Source: Vicugna vicugna (Eukaryota). From it: a DNA stretch of 64,000 bases. Below the pieces are notes generated by a model that did not search any database, had not been told where the DNA came from, and saw only the letters and a program-made list of their open reading frames with translations. The DNA lies in the NCBI GenBank assembly GCA_013265495.1, contig MU057865.1, positions 1,116,001 to 1,180,000 on the forward strand. The letters run 5' to 3'. Each line of letters starts with the position of its first letter. Position 1 is the stretch's first letter. Positions 1 through 14,334 of the stretch are shown piece after piece. Made by a program: the position numbers and the translations under genes.

Positions 1-1617
1 AAACACAGGGGATGGGTAAATTCAGTGGGATATTTGATACTTTTCCATGAAAGTTACATCTGTTACATGATTTTTAACATCTTACGCCAAGGTTGTTAGT
101 GTCATTTCAGAACTGTAAAAGAGGATGTGATACCTTGTATCCTTGGCAGAGCTGGGTCATGACTCATCTCCAGTTGCTGTTCTCTGGGCTGGGAACATGA
201 AGGGTTTCCATGGAGCAGAATTATCTCAGGAAAGCCTATTTGCCATTCAGCCTTTGGGGATCAGCAGAAGGTGTACCAGTCTTCTGCTCCACTCTCTAAG
301 AGTCTGAACTAACATCATCATTTGGGGAATACATTTGCCAATTAGTCCTGAACACAGAATGTTATTTGCAGAAAGCAAATTTCCAATTAATCTTGAGGTG
401 GGGGATGTAGCCTAGTGTTGTTTCCTGTTCTCCCTAATGAGATGGTGCTTGGCAGCCTTTTTGGAGCATGTGGTGGGAGAGTTGCAGTTGCTCAGCTGGG
501 GAGAGGAAAGGAACTCGAAAGTCAGATAAAGAAAGTTCTGGATATTCACTGGGTGCATGGTAGAGCAGTCATATTTTCCCTGAATATAAATGTAAGACAG
601 TTATACTGGGGGCTTCCAAAAGCATTGATATCTTTAAGAATTTAAGGTTCCAGCACATGCCAGGGAAAATGATAAATATGAGGCATAGGAACTACAGAAA
701 GAAGGCACTGAGGAGAATATACCCAGGCTAGAATCAGCCTTAATAGTCAGCTTTTGATTATGTTATTTTAAAAAGTTCTCATGAAAAAAAATTTTTCCAT
801 GTTTTAATAGAAAATTGAGCAAAACAAAATCAAGCAGGAATAAAGAAAATAATTCCATGATTTATAGTGAAAAGAGGCCATAATAAATGTCAAAGATGCT
901 GCCCAAAGGTGGCATTGTTTAAATTTTGGAGTAGAAATATTTGGAGTCTGTATAGGCAACGTACATCTTCATCTGGGAGGAAGGTTTAATTGTTGGGCGT
1001 CGGTCAGTGGCTACGGGGCAGAACACAAAGTGACCCACACAGGACAGAACAGCCTGGAGACGGGATCATCACTGCTCCAGCACAGGAGGGTTGGTCATCG
1101 TTGAGAGGGCAGCCCCTCTCTCTCGGTTCTGTCTTCTGAGCATCTCAGAGTAACCTCCTCGGCTGTCAAACAGAACTCTGTCCCTTTCAGACCACTCAAG
1201 GCTGGTACTAGGATGTTTTTTTTTTTTTCCCCTTGGAAACAAATTTCTCATTGGGGCAGGTTGTTCTAATTAAGGGGGGTAGAGAGATACACTGGTCAGG
1301 GCAGCAAAAACTTAGTCAGGGTCTTAATTCACAAGGAGGCTTAGCCAGACATCTGGCTCTAGGTATTTCGGCAGACTTCAGCCTGATTTATGTTTGAATG
1401 AAATCCAAGACACAACTATATTCAAATTCTTGGAACTTGGCACCTATACTATTGAATTATTGTTTTCACCCAGTTTCCATTGTTTCTTCCCAGTATTTAC
1501 TAGTGAAATCCTAAAGGAGTTTGTTTCAGACATAGATAGTAAATTAAGAAAGAAATGAGAAATGTTCTCAATTTTTCATTGACTCTTAGGAGAAATTAGT
1601 CTATACTGACTGTGAAG

Positions 1618-1811
1618 CAGGGGTGGGCTAGAGTTCTGACCAGCTGATGAGAGGTGGCTGTGTCCGACTTCCAGCTTCACAACGTGACATCCTGTTGGTA
1701 GCTGAATGGCCACACTGAGGTTATTTATACCCAATAAATTGGGAAATGCTACAAATCAGTGTTTCCCCCCAAGAGACAGCCAGTTCTGAGCTGCTTACCA
1801 GCACGCAACTG
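1618..1811 (+). mobile_element. MER63A-like hAT-Blackjack MITE
   Basis: CAG...CTG ends; internal 'gtgacatcctgttggtagctgaatggcc...aaatgctacaaatcag...ttaccagcacgcaactg' resembles the recalled MER63 consensus. Confidence 0.7.
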
Positions 1812-2104
1812 ATGCTGGGCGGTGTCCGCTAGAAAGGATATACGAATCGCCAAAGCTGGAGTAACAGTGAGGTCACTGATGGAATGATAGTTCAAGCCAG
1901 TCAATACCGTAGAGAATATTTAATATGGGAGACTATTCTTCAAACATCGATAAACAAATAAATACAAACATTCAAAGAAAACAGTGAGTAATCACATAGT
2001 TAAAAAAAAAGCAATGGCCGTCTTGCCATTGAAATTCATATTCTCAGATAGCAGTTGTCAGAGCACAGACAACGATACCCTCTTAATGGCCGCAACAGTA
2101 GAAC

Positions 2105-2235
2105 TTATCAAACTGAGCGTTGTTATTTGCCATATTTCACAGGTGAGCAATCTGAGGCTTACTGAGGTTAGATGTTGCCCAAGATCAGACAGCTGGTCTA
2201 TGACAAAAGCCAGGGTACCATTTTTCAATTGATTT
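2105..2235 (-). mobile_element. MIR SINE fragment
   Basis: 'catatttcacaggtgagcaatctgaggcttactgaggttagatgttgcccaagatcagacagct' is the MIR core in antisense. Confidence 0.75.
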
Positions 2236-2345
2236 TCATACTATCTGGGGCCAGAGAAGGACCCGTATATTATGACTCAAACGTTTTCCTAGAAGGCAAC
2301 TGATTTTTTTTTTAATCCCAACCTTTGCTCATTTTATTTTCTTAG

Positions 2346-2471
2346 GTACATGTCAGGAGATGCGCCGCAGCTTCAGGCCTCAGGCTCACCCCTCGTCTAC
2401 CGCACACGCTCAGCTTCATTGAGGTTCCGCGCTGGTTGTCCACCAGATGTTCAATGTGCTCTCCCTACTGA
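2346..2471 (+). other. Candidate spliced (possibly terminal) exon of an unidentified gene or lncRNA
   Basis: Strong acceptor 'ctcattttattttcttAG|G' at 2344-2345 followed by a locally GC/CpG-rich unique block; in-frame stops at 2420-2422 or 2469-2471 depending on phase; no recognised homology. Confidence 0.3.
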
Positions 2472-5400
2472 AGGCTGTGACAACACCCCAGAGAGTAAAA
2501 AGATGGCCATCTGTCAACCAGTCATCATTTTATATATATATATTTTTTTTTGCATTTTCCATTATTCTCCACCTTCTGTCACTGTTTTTAGTGTGTGAAT
2601 TGCTCATTGTTTATTTCTGCTCCTTGCTTTCATCACTATTTTTAATTTTAATGACTTTCAACTGCTAAGAATATTCTTCAGAGCAAAGCTGCACTTTTCT
2701 TCGTACAGAGGAAGACGACAAGGCTGTGTAGAGAAATCCAGAGGTGTGAGATGTTTTGCCACCAGCAGCAGGCAACGTGATGGTTGGCCTGACTTACATT
2801 TTAATCCCATCAGATTGTTGCTGAAAATTATGATAGGGTGGTTACTTTCCCACCAAAACGCTAACAATTTAATTGAAAAAGGCTGAATTTGAATCATCTT
2901 AGAGACAACCAGATTCTTAGTGGAGTACTTAAGACGAGTGAAATGTTAAACTATTATCCCATTATTTTGTTCTCTTCTGCTTGACTCCTTTTTCTGAATC
3001 TAATTCAGTAAATTAAAAAACTTTATTCACCAAAACTAAATACCAGCTAACATGCTAAATACAGACCATACAATTATAAACATATCAACAGACATCCTGC
3101 AGTAAAGGAGTTCATGGCTATGTCCCAAGAAAATTATCCATAAAACTATTTATAATAGAATGTAGTAATAAACACATTAGAGATAGGTACAAAATTAACT
3201 ATGGGATAACAGAAGAGAGAGTGATTAATTTTCAGCAGGAACTTAGAAAGTCTTTACAAAACTAATGATATGTTATCTGGACTTTGAATTATGAAAGCAA
3301 TTTTTTTACATGCATGAATTAACAATGGTATTCTGCATACAAGTAAAATATGGCTAAAAATCACAGGAGTGTATGCTGGTCTGATAGAATAGTATGCAGT
3401 GAATTTGGTACAATGGTAGGAGATAAGGATTAAAAATGTAGTAAAAGATAAATTGCGAAGAACTTTGAATGCTGGACTAAGTTTGTAGAAATTTATCTAA
3501 TGGGTGCTGCTGGCCCCATGGAAATTTTAAATTATTCCCCTTGTTTATATATGAGCCCCACAAGAGACTGGAATTTAATCTCATTTTGATTCATACTCTG
3601 AATATTAACTAAAAACATAACATATCCTTGGTTGAGTAAACCTTGAATAAAAATTCTCTGTTCAGTTAATTTATGCTGCAAACATTTTTCAGTACTTCCT
3701 CTGTACCCCAGATTCCGCTCAGTAATGGAGTATCGTGGGGAACAGTATAGACAAGTTGTGCTCGTGATAGGGTAATTCTTTGCAACATTTATTGGAATAA
3801 AAGTACTGCATATATTTGCTGTATATAAATATTCTTTTCAACTTTATTCTGAGTACTCATCTAACTATACAGAATGATTTTGGCTTGAATACTCAGGATT
3901 TAGAAAGGTTTCGAGATTTTTAAAAAATGATCTTTATGCTTGCTGTAGCATTCTACTTGGCATATGTGGAACCAACTTCTGGTTCCTAAGTCAAAAAACA
4001 CTAAGACAAGTTTTCAGAATCCATTGACTGTCACCAAAATATTGGCACATGCAGTTGCCCACCACTCACTGCATGACAATTAGAACCCAGGCTCTGTCCT
4101 GGTTAGTAATTTAGTTAAAACAACTTTGTAAATAAGGTAGTATTGTCACCTCTGCTCTGTTCATCTGCAACCGAAGGTTCTGAGTGATTAAGTAAATTGG
4201 CTTCCTGGTAGTTGGTAATTTCTGCAAGGAAATTCAAACTCAAATTTGTCTGGGCCCTCGGACCCAGGGTTTACATTTTATAAGTATATTTATTTGTGTC
4301 TGTTTCCTTGTTTGCATATTACATAGGGAGCTGAAGAAGTCATTGAATGGGATGGAACGAGACCTCTCCATTAACAGCTACACAAGTACTAGTAATCAAA
4401 TGATCATTAAATGTGAATTAAACACCCACTAATCTATCTCAAAAATATGAAGATTAAATGGAATCTAAGTGATGTGATATTTTATTGTTTCTTCAGGAAA
4501 TGACAGATAATTTTTTTCCAAAATCAATCAAATCTGTTATATAAAGTGACTCTGTCTTTCTTCTAATAAGAAAACTGTTTGCGTCTCAAAGGATTCATAA
4601 AATCTTATTCATTTGATGAAATATAGGTAATTTCTTTCTAGTTAACACTCAAGCATTAAATGTATTCCCCCAAATAGATGAAAAACTTTTCCTAGTTGAT
4701 AATGTTTCTTTTAAAAGCAAAGATACTGATCTTATTACATAAAAAGCAACATACACCTAATTGAAAAATAATAAGATAGAATGTATCTTCTTAGGAAGCA
4801 TGAAAAAATGCAAATCCAATGTAACTGTTTTGATTTCAGAAAGAAACTGGAGTGTCACACAAACATCTAGTTTCAATTTAAAAAATAAGAATTTTGACTC
4901 TGTAGATAGTCAGAATACAAAGTTGGATGGATAGACAGATGGATAGATATTGCAAAGATGAAAACCTAGCAATTAAACTATCTGGAGATGGTTGTAACAT
5001 TCTAGTATTGACAGATACTTTAATAACCTTCATATTGTGTTTTGAATATTGGACTCTTCGTAAGGGGTTAGCTGAAACGTTTCCCACGCTGGTGTGGTCT
5101 GTCTCAGTTTCTCAAGGCTCTGTAACCATCAGAACAATTCTGACATTGCCAATGAGAATGGGAACTTGAAAATGGCATTTTGTATGTAGATGCAAATTGA
5201 GTCTGCCAAGAGAATTCTTCTGCTCATGCGTTCACTGCAGACAAGGTTTTTCTTGTGTGAGTGATGCAGGGTTAAAAATGGAAAGTGTAAATTTAGACCT
5301 GCCATATTATAATCTGTGATCATTATAAATAAGATTGCTAGAAACACTGGAAATCAAAATATAAAATGTCCCCAGTAGGCTTATTACATCAGCTCCTTTT

Positions 5401-8114
5401 GTTGGCTTTTTTTTTCACTTTCCCATTATTTGCTCATCAGAGATTGCATATCATATTTCTTCCCAACCAGCAGCTGACTTCTTAATAACTGATAAGATAA
5501 ACTGCCAAAGACAAACTAAATATGGGGATTTTTAAATGGGTTCAAACCCATGAGATAGAGACCTGATATTTGATCTCTATTAGCTGCTAGTAGGTTTCCA
5601 GCGAAAGTTGCTTCCTTTTATGCCCAGAGCTATCCTGGAACCGTGAATACCGGGCTCCTTTAATTCCATTTCATGATCATCCCAGGAAAGGACACAGTGT
5701 GTTAGTCTCTTTGCTGGACTCGTCAGATTCAATCGCATGCATTAACCTTCATCGTATTTGTTGAGTTATTCGACTCTTTGTATATCATGAATAATTTCAT
5801 TAAACATTAAGAATTTACCCACACTGTATCTTTGTGTATTTTTAAATATTTACAATTTGTAATACCGAATAAATATGTAATAGGTGGGGCAGTGTTTCCA
5901 GGTTTTAATATTGCTTAAACCTGTCATGTACTTTAACCTTTGGGAGCTTATATAATATTCAGCTCCTTAATTCAGCGTCAGAGCTGTTATCATATGTTGA
6001 TGGGGAAAATAACGGCCATGTTGGGGCTCTCCAGTCACTAATAATTCCTATTTTGATTTGATTAGCATATAAATGTTCCTAGATTTATGCAGTGTCAGGG
6101 GAAAATTTATTAAAAATACTCCTCAGGGTTCTCTTTCTCTTATTTTAATCAGGCAAGAGAGAAAGAAGCTGGTCATGCATGAAGCCTAACTTGCCTTTCT
6201 TCAAATCCTTGACTTATAGAAGTTTCTAGAAAAACAAAAAATTTGGTAAAAGATCACATCAAAGGGAACTTTATTTCTCAGTTTATGAGCAGGAACCAGT
6301 GAGGAACTAGACCTTCCCTGAAGCTCGCCTTTCCCAGGATGTCTGTAATGTGGTCCAAGATTGGGTGAAGATTCTGCTCATAGAAATATCTTCACTGAAC
6401 TCTGACCAGATCACCTAACAAATGGCAAAGTGTCCCTTGGATTTATCCTAAATAATGAGAGCCCGTTAAGCTAAACTGTGCACAATAGTTTCTGCACATT
6501 TCTCTTTCTCTCATACACTGAAAATCCAAATGTATCTATTTCATCTCCAGTCCCACATTGTAAATGCTCCTCAGATAACTATATGACCAAATAGAACTTT
6601 GTGAAACCACAACTACATCGTTACAGTCATAAGGACACAACCCCTTAAAAATCTCAGTAGTCATTGTATTGGAAGGACATGAAAATGGAAAAGAAGAGGC
6701 AAAGCTTCAATGAGCATCAAAGCTCTATTAAAGTCAAACTATGAAGCAGAAGTAAAGCCCCCCCCGCCCTGTAAATGAACACAATAGACCTCAGCACTGA
6801 GCCTTCCAAAAAAAGAAAGGAATTTTTGAGAGAAAAACTTGACCAAAACACATAAACAATCAAATATAAATTAATATAATATAATCCACCTGGTGTGAAT
6901 AAGTCATCTCTCAGTAAGTACACTGGATCAAAAAAAAATCTAATTCAGATGAAAAATAAAAGGCAAAAATAATCTAGGATAAAGATCAAAATAAGATATA
7001 ATTTAGCAAGATAGTCTTTACAATGTGATTTAAAAGTTATATTTAGAAAGAGGATTAATGAAATTATCTCACCATTTTGCAATTAAATTTATATTTATCT
7101 TTCTGATTGGTTTTTAATTTTTATGTGTCTTCTTGATTACTGACCATTTAAAAAAGTGTTCTTGTTCTGACTATATTTCTAATATCATATTTTAAAGATC
7201 CAAGAATTTTTTTTCCAAACTTCATCTCATTTTGAGTTTAATCTTTCTTAACCATTCAGTGAATTTTTCAGTCACCATTCAGATACAAATCGGCGCATGT
7301 CAACAGATATGTGCTACCCTCTTATAAAATTATCTTGCTGTTTTTCTTTTCGCCATGTGGAACACATGTTCTTTAAAAATATAAAAATCAGCTTTTTTTT
7401 TTTTTTTTGGTCAGGGCAAATTTATTATCCTCATAGGCTACTCCCAATTCATTCTTCTTACCAGTATTATTTTAAAAATGAGATAGCCTGACCTATTTAA
7501 TCAAGTAATTATAAATCTATAAGTATTTTGTTACTCTTGGCTTTTTTTTTAAATCAAAGACATATACAACTGCCTGCCATTTATTTGAATGATTTGCAAT
7601 TTATCTTTGTGAGTCTCAGACAAAATTTATATTTCCTCCCTGACTATCAGGCTCTAAAAGATTTCATGATCACTTTCTCCCAAGGTTCCTACCATTTTCA
7701 CTCCACCAACTTATTCCTCCATCTTATGCATAATTAGGGATAAAGCCATAGTTCCCGCATCATTTCCTTATCTTCTCGGGAATGAAATTTTCAACCAGTA
7801 TATTACAAATTTGTCAGATTAATTAGGGTAGGGCCTCTCAATTAAAAACCAGCAGACATTTCACAAATATTTGCTACATAAAAATATGGATATGCCTAAT
7901 GGTACACTTTTATAATAAATAGGAAGGTATAGGATTTTATGTGCAATGTGATTACAACTCTTTGGGAATAAACACAGTGATGTGTAGCAGAGAAGTCAAG
8001 ATTCATGAGTCCAGGTACAAGATGACATGCTAATCATGTGTAGAAACAGGACAAAATGGGAAGTATCACAGAGACAGAAACTGAGCAGACGAGGTTTAGT
8101 TAAAGAGAACAGCC

Positions 8115-8636
8115 TGTTACTGAGTCCAAAGTTGTTCTGCTCACCACACGACAGGCCAATAAATCAAGAGACGAGGTGCTGGGGAGAGGAATAGCGTCTT
8201 GATTTGAAAGCCAACAGACCGAGAGGACGGTAGACTAATGTCTTGGAGAACCATACTAGTCAAGTCAGAATTCAGGCTCTTTTTATACTAAAAGAGGAGA
8301 GGGTGTGGTTGGTTGTTTCAAACTTCTTGGTGTAGGAGTCCTTTGTTCTTGCAGCTGTCCACATGATCAGATCATGGTGTCCCTGTAAACCTCCAACAAA
8401 ACAACATTCCATTGTTTTCCATTCTGCAACTTGTTACCTTTATAGGAGTGCACAAGGGTTAATATCCTTAAGGATCAGAGTCCCAGGAACAGGCGGTCCT
8501 GTCTATTTCAGGCTAAAAGCAGCATTGTTTTACAGAAGGTGCAGAGCTGGCAAGACTGAGCCTAGAAAACAGGGCACAGGGTTGAAGCCAAAGAAACAGA
8601 TCCAATATGGAGTCAGATTTGTTCTTTTCTATGACA
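8115..8636 (-). mobile_element. Solo ERV1-class LTR
   Basis: TGTTAC...TGACA termini, perfect 4-bp TSD AGCC (8111-8114 / 8637-8640), 522 bp. Confidence 0.85.
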
Positions 8637-11600
8637 AGCCTATACACTTGAAGGCGTTTCAGGAGAGTAAGAATAGTAAAAACAAGAAGGAAGTCAACAG
8701 ATTATACACCGATAGGAAGGGTTAGATGGTCACCTAGCAGAGGTGGGGCTTCCCACAGTGGTTGCAACCAGGCAGACTGGGCCCAAAGTATAGTTGATCC
8801 CTGAAAAAAAGCAGTTTTAACAAGATTTCATGATGTCCAGCAGGAACGAGAGATAACAGCATTTGGGCTGTGTCTTATGTTGTGAGATTCCTCAGAAGCA
8901 ATGAGAACTAGTTGATCTTTAAGGACCACCTATGAAGACATCTACATGATAATATATTCAGTCCTTTCCCCAGTGTTCTGGAACTCAATTAGGATCACTT
9001 GCCCTGACAGTGGATTTTGTTCCATATCCCACGTAGACTACACAAGGGGAGGAAACTGACACATTCTTAGAGAATTGCTTAAGTGTACGTATGAGCTCAT
9101 ATGGAGGAATGAAAAGATATCTAAAAATAACAATGCATCAAAGGAGAAAATTAAGAGGAAAACATGTCCAGATAAAGGATCTAAATGAACTCCCAGGAAA
9201 AGCTTAAAATGAGAAAAATTAAACATGAGGTGTGGCAGTTACACAAGATAAAGGAAAGAACATGTATAAATCACCAACAAGTAATTTAAAAACCAATTTT
9301 CTACCTTATAATTCAAAGACACTGCTGTTGATGTTGGAAAAAAAAAATGAATCGATGGGTTGAGGAGCACAACATTAGTTGTCAGTCCCTGTGATTTTAT
9401 GTTAATGCATATTTTTTTTAACTCTGATATATTTTTAGTTTAACTTTGACCTTGAAATTTTAAAGTAGCACTTTAGGAAGAAAAATAGCATTATGTATAC
9501 TTTAACATTGTATTCTGCTTCCAATAATGCAGGGATAAGTAATTTGGACCAATGCTTTTTGCTAGGAACCATAAAAGCATGACAAAATGTTTTTAAAAAC
9601 ATACATTTAAAGGCCCAGGATAATTATCAAAACAGTGAAGAATTATAAGCTCAAGATCTAAGAGACAAAGTAAGGGGGTAGGGGTTCCAAACTAAAACTC
9701 AGGGCCTTATGCTGTCTAGTGAGGAGCTGTAAAATGAGCCTGGGGTAGAAAGATTATTTCTTAGGAATTGAAGCCCAGCTTAGAAAACTAACTCATATTT
9801 TACTCAGATTAACTAGCATTGTAAAATTTTGTAGCCATGTGCAAAATAAAAAAGTAATAATAAATGCTCTTAGGAATTCTAGAGGAAGACAACATTATCT
9901 AACAGCTGAAATTATCTCAAATTTCTTTCATAAATAATGTCTGGCTGTTACTCAGAAATAATCAAGTGTTAGAGGAGATGAAACAACATTATCAAAGCCC
10001 AGGAGAAATAACAGGCAATGAAGTGAAATTTTTAGTTATCTAAATAATGGAGTTATTAGTCATAACTAAGATAATTATGCTTGCTAGGTTCAAGAACACA
10101 AAAGCCTAGACCAAGAAGCTGTCATAGAAATTGAGACTATAAATAAGATCAAAATGGACATTCTAGAATTGAAAACAACAGCAACAAAAAGCAACTAACT
10201 AAAACTAAAAGTAGGAATTTAATTGATGGTGTTAGTTGGAAATTAGATGCAACAAAAGAGAGAAGTAGTGAAGTGGAAAATAGGTCAGATACAAATTCCC
10301 AAAATAAAGCACATAGATTTTAAAAAATTATATAGAGCATAAAATGTGCAAAGTTCTAATATATATTCAATTTCAGTATGAGGAGGAAAGGAGAGAGACT
10401 GCAAGTAATATCTGAAGAGAAAATGGCTGAGAATTTTCAAAAACAAAAATAAATTTAAACCATGACTATAAAAAGTGCTACAAAACCTACAAACAATAAG
10501 TAAAATGACTGTAAATAGTAAAACTGCCAGAATCCAAAAGCAAAGAGAGCAGTAAACTGAGAGAGAAAGAAAGAAAGAGACAGAGAGAGAGTGGAGGAAC
10601 CGTTAAAGGTAGAGAAGTAACATGTAAGGCTGACTTGGCAAAAGAAATGATGAAAGAAAGAAGATATTAGAGTGATAAATGCTGCAAGCCGTGAGAAACA
10701 TATCGACATTAAAGGTGCAGCAGTAAAATCTAAGATTTGTTAAAATCAAATGCCTCTGTTAGAAATAAAAATCTAAAATCAACAGCCTATGCTTCCACTT
10801 TAGGAGATTAGGAAAAGTAAAGCAAAATAAACAGAAGGAGGAAAAGCACACGAACTGAAAGAAGATCAATAAAAATCAATGCAAGAAAATTATTATGGAA
10901 AATTTTGACACTCAAAAGTTTGTTTCTTGTAAAATCATCAACATGAAGAAATTTGTTGCCAGACTGATCAAGAAAACAATAAGGCAAGCCACAGATTGCC
11001 AATATCAGGAAAGAGGGAACATTATTAGGAATTCCACAAACATTAAAAGGATAATACTACCACTACCTTATGAACATAGATTTGACAACTTAGATCAAGG
11101 GCCACTTTTTGAAAGGTATAAACTATCCAATCTCACGTAAGAAGAAATAACTAACCTAGATACTCTACATCTATTCCAGAAATTGAGTTTACCGATAAAA
11201 TATTTAGCAAATACAGTAAAAGATCCAGAAGGTTTCACTGAAGAGTTCTTCCAGATGTTTAAGGAAGAAATAGTACCAATTCTAAATGAACTCTTCCATA
11301 AAATGGAAGAGAGGTCTTCATTGCTTGAGGTCAGCATCCCCCTGATACAAAATCCTGAAAAAGACGTTGTCAGAAAAGAGAACAAATGTCAAGGTCACTC
11401 ACTGATGCCTGCCCAGAGAGTCTCAATACATGGGAGCAAATTGAATCCAGCAAAACAAGAAAAGTTGATATACATGACTAAGTAAGGCTACTTCCATTAA
11501 TGTAGGACTGGATCAACATTTAAAAAAATCAGTTAATAAATTTCACTGTAGTAATTTGTTAAATAAGGGAAAACCAGATGAACATCCCTCCAGGTGCTGA

Positions 11601-12506
11601 AACGTGTATAAGTAAATTCAACATACATTTTTAATAAAAACTCTCATAAAACTAAAAATAGAATGAGACTTCTTGAACCTAACCAAGATTATTCATCAAA
11701 ACAAACAAAACACTCCACAGCTAGCTTCTCCCTAATATCAAAAACAGATCAAGAATGCTTTTTGTCTCTACTCAGACATCCTACTGGGGACATCTTAGCC
11801 ATTGCAAGCCAAAAAAAAAAAAAAATTATAATACAACCTTGAGCCATGTATGTCTCAACTTATACACAATTAACTTAAAACGGTTTATAGTTCCAAATGT
11901 AAAAAATAAAACATTAAAGAATAAGCATGTTAGAAAATCTTTGTGATCATTAAGTTTGGTGATGATGAATTATTTAGATATAACATCAGAAGCAAGATCC
12001 TTAAAAGAAAAAAGAATTCATTCATTGAAATCAATAGAAGTAAAGACAAATGTTTGCTCTGTGGAAGGCACTGTTAAGGAAATGGGAAGTCATAGGACAC
12101 ACTTAACTATAAATCACATATCTGATGACAGATACAGATATAGAACTCTTATAATTCAAGAATAAGGAAACAATAAAAGATTCAAAAAAAAGGGTAAAAT
12201 AATCTGTACAGATTTTTCAACAAAGATCTACAAATGGAAAATAAGCATATGATATTACTCTGCACCATTAAATATTAGGAAAATGCAAATTAAAATAACA
12301 GTGAGATGCTACTATACACTTCTGAGTATTGTTGATGTCAAAAACACCGTCCATGCCAAATACTGGCAAATATGAGGAATAACAGAAACTTTCATTCATT
12401 GCTGATAGGAAGGCAGAATGATACAGCTACCTTTAAAGTCAATTTGGTAGTTTCTTAAGAAAATAAACATGATTGCCATATACCCCTCCCACCTCTTTTA
12501 GGTGTT

Positions 12507-12984
12507 TGTATGATCAGGTCATTCAGGATGGCAGGTCTCGTGTTCTCTGCACATGCCCTGCTGGACCACTGCCTCCTTCACTTACAACCTACTCACACGA
12601 CTGACCTTCCCACGCTCTTGTCCCAGGCCCCAGCTAATAACTGTTCAAGCTTTAGATCAGAACCCTCCACTATGCTCATCAAAGAGGCAGTGAGTGGCTC
12701 ACCTCTCTGCTGATTTCCTTGGTAACCAATGAGTCAGTCAACCCGACTTCAATTCCCCCATGACTAACGTCCTTCCTTTCCCGGGGGAGTGAAAATTGCC
12801 ACCACGTCCTGTCCACTATCCGCCACAGACAGTGGGGTGTTGCTCCAGGACCTTGCTTCAGACGTGTAAGACCCTCCATCCACTACACCACTGATATCTC
12901 TGTTGCTGCCTCCAGGCTCTTTCTTCAGTCTTAAAGCTGGGGAAGTGCAGGCCTTGTAGGACTGCGGGGTGCAGTCCAACAACA
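12507..12984 (+). mobile_element. Solo LTR, probably ERVL class (MER54/MER74-like), inserted in the L1 3' UTR
   Basis: TGTA...AACA termini, GC-richer than flanks, 3' end 'gcaggccttgtaggactgcggggtgcagtccaaca'; L1 sequence resumes on both sides; TSD unclear. Confidence 0.7.
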
Positions 12985-14334
12985 TTTCTCATGGAAAAAT
13001 TAAAAAAAACTTGAGTTTAAACATGTATGAAAACATTTACTGCAGCTTCATTCATAACTCTCCAAATGAGAAACATTTTCCAGCAGATGAATGGATACAC
13101 AAACTGTGGTACATCTGGGATGCTACTCAGAAATGAAACAGAACTACCAAGTCACATAAAGACACAAATGAATCATAAATGCATTTTTCTAAGTGAATGA
13201 AGCTAAACTCAAAAGACTACGTATTGGGTGATTCCATTTATATTACATTCTGAAAATGGTAATACTTCAGGAACAGACAAGAGCTTGGTGATTGTCAGGT
13301 TGGGGTGGAGAAGGGACTGACTACAAATAAAGCATAAGGGGATTTTAGGACGATGAAAGGGCTTTGTTTCATACTGTTGTATGCATTTGTCAAAACTCTT
13401 AGAATTGTACTCTACAAACAATGAAATTTACTACATGCAAATACATAATAAATGGCCAGATTGTTGGGGAATCCTAGAACAGAATGCTAACTGTGGCACA
13501 AATCTATCTGCATTGCAAATGCATGGCATCATTTTACTGAGAAGATGGGGGAAAAAAGGAGCTGAACTAAGTCTGTAAATGTTATTTTGACTGGATACTG
13601 TAAGGCTAAATGAGAAAATAACTGCACATATACACTGCATGATTGTTGATAAATTTGTTTTTCACAGAGGAATAGATTAGCAATTCTGATATTATTTTAT
13701 CTGTATACCGGGTTTGAAGAAACACACAATTTGTTGATAACAAGAGTGTTTGTTTACTGTCAGGAAAGAAGTTACAAATAAGCATAGGCAGAAGATTACA
13801 ATGAACCTTGTATTGCTGGATTAGAGTGAGGGTACACAGATTGATAGGTACAAATGTATATTCTATCTTTGTCCACCAAAAGAAACAAGAGGCAGTAGGA
13901 AATGTGTATCCAGTGCTCAGATCTTGGTTTCCAAATAACAATCTCCAGATAAAGGAACCAGAAACAGCTAATTCTAGAGCCAAGGCAGGGAAAATACCAG
14001 ATGATTCTAGAACATCCCCTAGTTTCAAAAGTTAAGGGAAAAAAAAGACGAGTTTACACCAAAAGGACACACAAGTCAATCTGGAAGAACTTCCAATGAC
14101 TAGAGCAACAAAATAATTACAAAGAATTAGCTTATAACTGAAATACACTTATGCAAATGAATGGTTGAGTTAAATAATTAAATGGTACTTATTAAATGTC
14201 AGTCTTTCTCCCAGAAGGATATCAATATATGTAGAAGAAATGAGAGAAATAGAAAATGTAGTTAGAACAGCACAGTAAGACTTACTTCAGGCAAGACCAA
14301 CAGACAAAATCTAAAACTGATGAGTGGGAGGACA

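Noticed and set aside
10895..11485. L1 ORF2-like peptides as a functional gene
   Set aside because: Short, frameshifted and stop-riddled relics of an old L1
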